Assembly: GCF_000092105.1 (NCBI RefSeq)
Contig: NC_014148.1
Span: forward strand, 1,260,001 to 1,292,000
Origin: Planctopirus limnophila DSM 3776
GTDB lineage: Bacteria; Planctomycetota; Planctomycetia; Planctomycetales; Planctomycetaceae
Direction of reading: 5' to 3'
DNA: 32,000 nucleotides
Shown here: piece after piece, positions 23,216 to 29,579 of the stretch
Layout: the number at the start of each line of letters is the position of its first letter
Position numbering within the stretch: the stretch's first letter is position 1
Position numbers and translations under genes: made by a program
The notes under the pieces: generated by a model
What the model saw: only the letters and a program-made list of their open reading frames with translations
Told to the model about the DNA's origin: nothing
Database searches by the model: none

Positions 23216-23896
23216 TTACCAGAACGTGAAAAACTCAGGCAATGCATGGGTCTCATGAAGGTCAGCAACAATATGTACGATCGCCGCCAGCGCGACAAAC
23301 CAGAACGTGTCGACAATATTCTTTCTCATCACCCGGGGGACCATAGTGTACGACTGTGGTTCTTCATAGGTAGAGAGCTTGGGCCAGAATGCGGGAACGC
23401 GCCGGCAATACTCCTGATATTCTTCGTTATGAGCAGCCGAGAGTCGCACCTCTTCGCAACTGATGATCCATGGGTAATACAGCGAGAAAAAGAGGAGCAT
23501 CACCAGTGGGAGCAGGATTGTCTCTGAACACAGACCAATCCCGATCATACCAATCGCGCTGAAGAAATAGAGGGGATTCCTGCAGATCGAGTAGGGGCCG
23601 GATTGAACAAGAACTCTGGTTTTATATCCCGAAATAAACAGATTACTCCAGGTACGACCGAGCATACCAATAGCGGCCATACAGATCCCGATGAAGAAGA
23701 AAAGCTCTCGCATGACACCATGCAGCGGCCAGGCACTTCCTGTCGCTAATAAGGTCGTCATGGCGAAAAGACCGAAAACGATCGTCAAAGGGCGACGTCG
23801 GCGCTCGAACTCGCCGACTGTCAGGTATTCACTGGCCACATGGCCAATATCGGGAAGGGCTTGGAAGGGAATGTTTGTCGTTTCCAGTGTTCTCAT
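23216..23896 (-). CDS. Isoprenylcysteine carboxyl methyltransferase (ICMT)/phospholipid methyltransferase family membrane protein
   Basis: Polytopic membrane protein with the family signature LVQSGPYSICRNPLYFFSAIGMIGIGL and C-terminal EEVRL...EYQEYCRRVPAF. AAAGGAT lies upstream of the ATG. Confidence 0.88.
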   Translation of the reverse strand: MRTLETTNIPFQALPDIGHVASEYLTVGEFERRRRPLTIVFGLFAMTTLLATGSAWPLHGVMRELFFFIGICMAAIGMLGRTWSNLFISGYKTRVLVQSGPYSICRNPLYFFSAIGMIGIGLCSETILLPLVMLLFFSLYYPWIISCEEVRLSAAHNEEYQEYCRRVPAFWPKLSTYEEPQSYTMVPRVMRKNIVDTFWFVALAAIVHIVADLHETHALPEFFTFW

Positions 23897-23938
23897 CGGG
23901 CAGATCCTTTGCCAAAAGGGTGGTGAATTCGTTGTCTC

Positions 23939-23957
23939 TACTAAGTTTCTAGTATTT
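23939..23957. promoter_or_regulatory. Dyad-symmetric operator candidate TACTA-N6-TAGTATTT
   Basis: TACTAAGTTTCTAGTATTT compares with TACTAAAGTTGTAGTATTT at 26637-26655 (16/19 identical). It lies 43-61 nt upstream of the ICMT-like gene's ATG, in the spacer after the BlaR1-like gene. Confidence 0.55.
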
Positions 23958-24003
23958 CTCTGAACGAAGATGTGTTTTTTATGGGCCAGGGTTATTAATA
24001 GAG

Positions 24004-25143
24004 TTATTGCGACGAAGCATGAGGCTGGCTGAACTCCAGCGACAGTTCATGCAGGCGAGTCGTCCGGTCATAAGGTTCATAATCCCGGGCGGGGATATCG
24101 ATCGTTCGCAGAACAGCGGCTGACCATCCAGGCCACGGAGACCACTGCATTCGCGATGAAGCCAGTGCATCGACGGGCAACCAGAAAGACCAGGTGACAA
24201 TGGCCATAGCCGTCAGCAGATGGAATGGCCACCACCTGGCACGTTGATCTGGCTGCGACCACTCTGCTGCTGACTCAAAGCGGTCCAGTATTCTTCGCCC
24301 CCGCAACGCCATCATGTTACTACCGCTGCCGAAGTATAGAGCCGATCCTTCAGGCTCTTTATGAAATCCCCGTTCCGCCACAGCGAGTAATGTTTTGAGA
24401 TATCCCACAACTTCATACCGCGCGGAAATGGCCGCATCATCGCAGGCATATTCCCTGGCTAGCATCGATTGCCGTGAAGCCCACCAGATCGCCGGATGAA
24501 ACCAGAATAATGTCATTACCAGACGCTCAATAAATAACTGCAGTGGATGACCACTGCGTAAATGGGAGAGTTCGTGGCGGGTGATGAAAGTGGTTTCGTC
24601 TTGAGGCAGGCTCAGTAAATATTCTGGCAGCACGAGAACTGGTGCATGCCATTGATAACAGAACGGGCTGTTGAAACGCTGGCTGATCAACAGTTGAATC
24701 GAAGCATTCGGTTGCAGGATTCGACTGGTCAAATTGTTAGCTGGGTCGTGAAAAACCAGTTTCACTTCACTCTCTGTCGCCGGCCGGCACGACTTGAGAA
24801 ACCTCGCCACCATCATCCACTCCGAGGCGAGCATGATGAACGACAAGAGTATTCCTGTCCCCCAGATGACGAGAGCCAGCTGACCAAGCGATTGTTCAAC
24901 AGAGACCAGTTGCTGCAAGGCCGCTGGACTCATGACTTGCCATGGATTCGTCAGCACTCGCAAATGAGGCAGTAGCAAACCACAGCCAGTCATCAATAGA
25001 AGCAGGAGATTGCAATAATTCCAGAGCTTGTATTGTGCCTGTGGCCATCGGGAAACGCGACAAAGCCATTCCGTAATACCGACAACTACTGTGGCCTGAA
25101 TGGAAAGCGAGACTAGAAATTCCAGAAATTGAGCTGAGTTCAT
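24004..25143 (-). CDS. BlaR1-like M56 family zinc metallopeptidase (signal transducer) without an extracellular penicillin-binding sensor domain
   Basis: N-terminal TM helices are followed by the HExxH motif in the M56 context (FITRHELSHLRSGHPLQLF). It is 379 aa with one further TM and a short tail, so there is no room for a PBP-type sensor. There is ATGA overlap with the upstream BlaI gene. Confidence 0.9.
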   Translation of the reverse strand: MNSAQFLEFLVSLSIQATVVVGITEWLCRVSRWPQAQYKLWNYCNLLLLLMTGCGLLLPHLRVLTNPWQVMSPAALQQLVSVEQSLGQLALVIWGTGILLSFIMLASEWMMVARFLKSCRPATESEVKLVFHDPANNLTSRILQPNASIQLLISQRFNSPFCYQWHAPVLVLPEYLLSLPQDETTFITRHELSHLRSGHPLQLFIERLVMTLFWFHPAIWWASRQSMLAREYACDDAAISARYEVVGYLKTLLAVAERGFHKEPEGSALYFGSGSNMMALRGRRILDRFESAAEWSQPDQRARWWPFHLLTAMAIVTWSFWLPVDALASSRMQWSPWPGWSAAVLRTIDIPARDYEPYDRTTRLHELSLEFSQPHASSQ

Positions 25144-25511
25144 GATCTCTTTTCCAGCATGGAGATAGCCTTTTTGATCTCAGCCAGATCTTCTGTAGAA
25201 ACTTTCTCACTCTGTATTAAATTGAGCACCAATGATTTGACAGACAATTTGGAAAGCTGCTGTTGGAGTTGCCCCAGCATCGTCTGGCAGACTTCTTCTC
25301 TGGAGACGACTGGCTCATAAACGAAGGCCCGGCCCACCTTGACCTTCCTTAAAGCCCCACGCTTTAACTCCAGTGTCTTCAGGACAGTCATCACTGTCGT
25401 ATAGGCCAGCGGGCGATGCAGTGAATCACAGACATCCTGGACGCTGGCCTGCCCGCGATCCCAGACGACATCCATAATCTCCATCTCGCCGCGCGTCAGA
25501 TAAACCGTCAT
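25140..25511 (-). CDS. BlaI/MecI/CopY family transcriptional repressor
   Basis: 123 aa with a winged-helix N-terminus typical of the family (LTRGEMEIMDVVWDRGQASVQDVCDSL...YTTVMTVLKTLELKRGALRKVKVGRAFVYEP). GGAGA lies upstream of the ATG. It is translationally coupled to the M56 gene. Confidence 0.93.
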   Translation of the reverse strand: MTVYLTRGEMEIMDVVWDRGQASVQDVCDSLHRPLAYTTVMTVLKTLELKRGALRKVKVGRAFVYEPVVSREEVCQTMLGQLQQQLSKLSVKSLVLNLIQSEKVSTEDLAEIKKAISMLEKRS

Positions 25512-25621
25512 AAAATCTCCGCTCTACGCCTGTTGATTCCTATCCATATTGCCGGAAGCCAACAGCTGATTGCTTCTAAATACGTGATACGAATTCCAAT
25601 TAGAAAATGCGATCTGTGTGC

Positions 25622-25647
25622 CATGCTTGCAGCTTTGGGCAAGCATG
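25622..25647 (-). terminator. Hairpin after the DUF1559 gene stop (possible terminator or processing site)
   Basis: 9-bp inverted repeat CATGCTTGC-N8-GCAAGCATG about 55 nt downstream of the stop at 25701. A TTTTCT tract follows only about 14 nt later on the - strand. Confidence 0.3.
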
Positions 25648-25700
25648 TTCTTGCGATCTTCAACTCGCTATTTCAAGTTGCGATGCGTATGAGGTGCCAC

Positions 25701-26621
25701 TTACTCGAAACGACGCGCCATTTGTTGATAGACCGTCTGATCAATAGAATTCGAGAGGCCACGCACATGGCCGTCTCCGAATAGAAAATGACTCAGACCT
25801 GCATGCCGGCTGCTGAACTCACATTCATCACAGGTCTGGCAGTTGGGCTGTTGCAGCGCGCTTCCTAAAATCCGGCATTCGGCATCTTCATCCCGGCGAT
25901 CAAAACCAATCCATGTCGTATCAAACATAGAAACCGATCGCTCACCCACGATCATCACCTGGCTCAGGCCGCGGGTTAACTCGGATAAACGCACTGGGCG
26001 CCCGTTAATAAAGGTACCGTCCCCAGGTGGAGTCGGACGAATTTCATCAGCTTCTGAAGTCCCATAAACACCAAGATAACTCGCATGCGGCAACGTAAGG
26101 AAAGGTGTTGTCAGCCCAGGTTCATAAAGCTCAAAGACCGGTGGTGCGACATCGGAAGGGCAGGTCAAAAGTGGCAGCACAATCGACCGGGCCTGCTCGT
26201 TAGAAACATCGCTCAATCCCACCTGTCGCTGAATCACTGCTGATGTGGCCTGCTGTTCGACAAACGGCAACAAAGCAGCCGCCCAGCCATAAGCCGTTTT
26301 TCCTTGAGAGTCTGTCAGCCAGGCGGAAGGAAGACACGAATGTGTCTCGTGATACTGATGCAGCCCCAGCCCGATCTGACGCAAATGACTTGTGCATTCC
26401 ATACGCCGTGCAGTTTCCCGCGCTGCCATCACGGCTGGTAACAGCAGTGCAGTCAACACAGAGAGGATTCCGCTGGTCACCAGCAACTCAAGAATCGTCA
26501 GCCCAGAGCGTCCTGACAGCCCAGTGCGTCCTGACGCGGGAATGCAGCAGTGGCTGGGGCGTAACGTCCTGATGAGGAATCCTTTCCTGATAAGGTCATG
26601 AGCAAAATGGCCAAAAACCAA
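25701..26621 (-). CDS. DUF1559 protein with a prepilin-type N-terminal cleavage/methylation leader (type II pseudopilin-like)
   Basis: Leader GLTILELLVTSGILSVLTALLLPAV, followed by the DUF1559 core (RETARRMECTSHLRQIGLGLHQYHETH) and the C-terminal H..G..FLFGDGHVRGLSNSID block. The only start codon in the ORF is TTG at 26621, so the start is uncertain. Confidence 0.88.
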   Translation of the reverse strand: MVFGHFAHDLIRKGFLIRTLRPSHCCIPASGRTGLSGRSGLTILELLVTSGILSVLTALLLPAVMAARETARRMECTSHLRQIGLGLHQYHETHSCLPSAWLTDSQGKTAYGWAAALLPFVEQQATSAVIQRQVGLSDVSNEQARSIVLPLLTCPSDVAPPVFELYEPGLTTPFLTLPHASYLGVYGTSEADEIRPTPPGDGTFINGRPVRLSELTRGLSQVMIVGERSVSMFDTTWIGFDRRDEDAECRILGSALQQPNCQTCDECEFSSRHAGLSHFLFGDGHVRGLSNSIDQTVYQQMARRFE

Positions 26622-26633
26622 TTTGCGGGCGGA

Positions 26634-26655
26634 AAATACTAAAGTTGTAGTATTT
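26634..26655. promoter_or_regulatory. Dyad-symmetric operator candidate AAATACTA-N6-TAGTATTT
   Basis: Perfect 8-bp inverted repeat 13 nt upstream of the DUF1559 ORF start. It is near-identical to the dyad at 23939-23957. Confidence 0.55.
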
Positions 26656-26790
26656 CCGTCAAGCCGTTTTTGCCGAAGTCACGGCCTGACCAGTAGAAAA
26701 CTCTGTTCAGGCCTTTATGAGAGTGCATGACTCTGACGCTTGCGGCTTTTCCCAGCCTTGAGTTTTCAGCGGATTCTCAGAGAAGAATGG

Positions 26791-29097
26791 CTATTTTCCG
26801 TCGTTGTGTCTCAAGAGATTGAGCAGTGTCTTGGTATCGACGGAAGCGGGAATCATTCGCAGCGAACCATCACCATTCAGAGCAAGAATCCCTTTCTCGC
26901 TGATCTGCCCCAGTGATTTCAGGGGTTCCTCGGGATCAATTGGTAATCCGCCGGGTTTCGTCCAGATTTCGGCTTTATCCGCGCCAGCCTGAACCACAAT
27001 CACCGTGTTGGATAGACCATCGGTAAAGTCTCGAAGATGGGGTGCCTTCGCTGCATCAAAGGGCATCCCCGCTCCTTCCGGCAGGTGGAATGAGGTCTTG
27101 TTGGCGTCCTTCACACCGGGTGTCTTATAAACTGAGGGCATTTTCTCAGCCAGTTTGAGATTGTGCGGGCTATCCCAGGGCTCATCGAGACGGAACTGAT
27201 TATAAAGTTCAGCTTCACCGAGGTAGCCTAGAATATGCACGCGCCAGCTCAAGGCTTTGGAATCATCTGGATTAGTGGTTCGAGACGAAGAGGGAAAGCG
27301 ATTGAAAATATCGTGTGAATTGTGAAATGCTAAACCAATTTGTTTGAGACGATTTCGTTGCTTGGTCGCGTCTGCAGCTGCAATGGCCTGCCGAATGGCT
27401 GTATCGAAATAGTCGGGCAGTCTTTCGATCCCTTGAGGAGCGACCAGCGAAGTCGTGATTTTATTGCCGACCTGTTCCACCTTCAGTCCTGTGGCCAGAC
27501 TGGTCATCAACTTTCGATCGTCCGCATTCGGAATATCGTTCGCTAATGCCGGGAGAAGTGTCTGGACCAGCTGCATCTGATTTTTCAATTCGGCAGCTTT
27601 CGTAGCAGCCACTTTAGCGCTCGCACAGGTTCCGGTCGATACGAGGATCTTGTCTCCGGGGTTAAGATTCGTAAGTCGCAAGCTCTGCGTGAGCACCTGA
27701 TAATCGAGTAACTCCTGCAGTTGTGGCATCTGTCCTACCAGTTGCTTGAGCAGCGGTTTCTGAGCCTGCAGGCTGACCACCATGGAGAAATCGGCACCCG
27801 GATCCAATTGCGCCACCAGAGGGGATGGCTTGATGGTGGTGATAGTGTTCCCCTTCAGCCTCGCCTCCAGATCCGCAATCGACCCTAGTACAAATGTGGT
27901 GGGAGCATAGGGCGTGGTAGGCCATAAGCCGACTCCACGGGTACAGTAGATAGTATGCCTTCCAACAGTCAGCTTTTCGTCGAAAAACGCCTCGATTCGG
28001 GACATCTCAAACGGTTCTTTAAGATTGATGACGACCGTTGGACTTATGACGACCGTTGGAAGTAACCGAAAATTTGGCCGAGATTTGCCTAAAACCTCCA
28101 TATCAACAGGTTCGCCTCCCGAAGGCGTGATGAAAGCGGCTAGATCCTTCCCGGATACCTTTGCAGAAAGTTTCTTAACGCTGGCATCTGCCAATACTAT
28201 ATAGAGACCAGCTTCGGGAATTGGGCCGAGCGATCCTTTCGGATTTTTGGGATCGAACGGCAACCCACCCGGCTTTGTCCATTCGACCGCTGTCGATGGA
28301 TCAGCTTGAACGGCCATGATCGTATTGGCGGTTCCATCGCTGATATCACCCATGGCTGTGCCACGCTTTGCATCGTCTGGGAAGATAGTTCCAGGGCCGG
28401 TGATCACATGGATCGAAGTCTTACCAGTCACTTTGACACCAGGCGACTTGTAGAAATGCGGCATCTTGGCGATCAGTTTTTTATTATGTTCGCTATCCCA
28501 GGGTTCGTTCAGCCGGAATTGCTGATAGAGCGTGTTTTCATCCAGATAAGGAAGGAGGTGCACCCGCCAGCTTAAACCTGTCTGGCGACCTTCTCCATCG
28601 CCATTGGCGCGGGGAAATCGGCCGTTTTGCTCATGGTAGTTATGTGCTGCAAGGCTAATATTCAAAAGATTATTATGTGGATCCGGTGCATGTTGAGTTG
28701 CTGCTCCGCTGAGGGGAGTTTCCAATCCGAAATCGTTCGCGATCGCATTGATGAAGTTCTGATCGAGGGCGACGACAATCCGATCAATCTTGCTGAAATC
28801 TTCGATCGTGAATGGAAGTGGACCGAAATCAGCCTCATCGAAGGCTCCGAGTTCTTTCGCAAGTTGTACTGGTTTCCAGTGATAGAGCTGACTGACTTTG
28901 ATTGACGCAATGGCGACTGATTTTTCCGGAAGATACTTCGCTTCCGGGAGAGGCTCAGCCGCTACAGCTGAGCCGGTGATCAGCGATAGCATGGCAAGTA
29001 AAGAGAGTCGCCAACCCCAGAAGCATGACCTCTGGATTGTACGACGAGACGAGCCAAATTGATTCAATCGAGCGATCACGAAAGATAATGAAGGCAT
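26791..29097 (-). CDS. Secreted protein with two DUF1559-like modules and no prepilin leader
   Basis: GAGGTGA lies upstream of GTG-ATG (ATG at 29097), and a Sec-type signal is present (LSLLAMLSLITGSAVAA|E). Two internally duplicated modules each contain the LxxIxLAxHN.H..x.RFP, LSWRVH(L/I)L.YL....LY.QFRL.EPWDS.HN, DG..NT(I/V) and TKPGGLP.DP blocks. Confidence 0.85.
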   Translation of the reverse strand: MPSLSFVIARLNQFGSSRRTIQRSCFWGWRLSLLAMLSLITGSAVAAEPLPEAKYLPEKSVAIASIKVSQLYHWKPVQLAKELGAFDEADFGPLPFTIEDFSKIDRIVVALDQNFINAIANDFGLETPLSGAATQHAPDPHNNLLNISLAAHNYHEQNGRFPRANGDGEGRQTGLSWRVHLLPYLDENTLYQQFRLNEPWDSEHNKKLIAKMPHFYKSPGVKVTGKTSIHVITGPGTIFPDDAKRGTAMGDISDGTANTIMAVQADPSTAVEWTKPGGLPFDPKNPKGSLGPIPEAGLYIVLADASVKKLSAKVSGKDLAAFITPSGGEPVDMEVLGKSRPNFRLLPTVVISPTVVINLKEPFEMSRIEAFFDEKLTVGRHTIYCTRGVGLWPTTPYAPTTFVLGSIADLEARLKGNTITTIKPSPLVAQLDPGADFSMVVSLQAQKPLLKQLVGQMPQLQELLDYQVLTQSLRLTNLNPGDKILVSTGTCASAKVAATKAAELKNQMQLVQTLLPALANDIPNADDRKLMTSLATGLKVEQVGNKITTSLVAPQGIERLPDYFDTAIRQAIAAADATKQRNRLKQIGLAFHNSHDIFNRFPSSSRTTNPDDSKALSWRVHILGYLGEAELYNQFRLDEPWDSPHNLKLAEKMPSVYKTPGVKDANKTSFHLPEGAGMPFDAAKAPHLRDFTDGLSNTVIVVQAGADKAEIWTKPGGLPIDPEEPLKSLGQISEKGILALNGDGSLRMIPASVDTKTLLNLLRHNDGK
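28028..28060 (-). repeat. In-frame 18-bp-period duplication (ATGACGACCGTTGGA ctt ATGACGACCGTTGGA on the + strand) encoding PTVVIS-PTVVIN
   Basis: The exact 15-mer occurs twice at 18-nt spacing inside the double-DUF1559 gene. Confidence 0.85.
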
Positions 29098-29319
29098 CAC
29101 TCACCTCGAAAGCTGTACTAGCTCTGCAAAGAAATGAAACGGATATCAGCCCGATCAGTCCCCGTCTGTAGAGATGGTGCCAACACAATGGCTGCAGCCG
29201 GAAGGCACAGGAACAGCCACGAATCGTTCCGCGCCGACATCAGAAGGTCAAGTCGCTGCAGATCAATTTTTCAAGAACTAAGGGACGGCGTCTTTCACTC
29301 GGGAATGGTTTGAGCATCG

Positions 29320-29341
29320 TAGGGTCCGCTGTGCGGACCAT
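29320..29341 (+). repeat. REP-like palindromic unit TAGGGTCCGCTGTGCGGACCAT
   Basis: Identical to 21465-21486. It is the first of four units clustered in the 29101-29579 spacer. Confidence 0.85.
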
Positions 29342-29424
29342 CTTCCGCGCACCACCGCCGGCGACATCTTCAGTAGCAAGGTACATACCAACGCACCTAT
29401 TCAGGCTGCCACTGTGAAGCACCT

Positions 29425-29446
29425 TAGGGTCCGCTGTGCGGATCAT
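29425..29446 (+). repeat. REP-like palindromic unit (TAGGGTCCGCTGTGCGGATCAT)
   Basis: 21/22 identical to the unit at 29320. Confidence 0.8.
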
Positions 29447-29497
29447 GAAAGCCGCTTCCATAGGGCCGCCTCATGCGTCTGGTAGCCATGCCCGGAA

Positions 29498-29517
29498 TTG
29501 TCCGTTGTGCGGACCGG
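29498..29517 (+). repeat. REP-like unit, degenerate (TTGTCCGTTGTGCGGACCGG)
   Basis: It retains GTCCG.TGTGCGGAC with a weakened stem. Confidence 0.55.
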
Positions 29518-29531
29518 CTTTACAGCGGAGT

Positions 29532-29554
29532 ATGATCCACACAGCGAACCCTAC
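29532..29554 (-). repeat. REP-like unit in inverted orientation (ATGATCCACACAGCGAACCCTAC)
   Basis: It matches the reverse complement of TAGGGTCCGCTGTGCGGATCAT with two substitutions. The loop reads ACA instead of TGT, and the flanks are ATG...CTA instead of TAG...CAT. Confidence 0.65.
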
Positions 29555-29579
29555 GGCACTCAACTGCGATCCATCCTCG

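Noticed and set aside
25573-25605. A third BlaI operator directly upstream of blaI (TTCTAA...TTAGAA and ATACGTGATACG)
   Set aside because: It contains only a 6-bp inverted repeat with a 21-nt spacer plus a direct CGTAT repeat. Neither resembles the AAATACTA-N6-TAGTATTT dyad shared by the other two spacers, so it is too weak to report as a site.
26566-26600. Hammerhead-ribozyme-like CUGAUGAG box (a second one lies at about 22617)
   Set aside because: Both lie inside well-supported coding sequences. Neither has the required downstream GAAA core or stem I/II/III complementarity.
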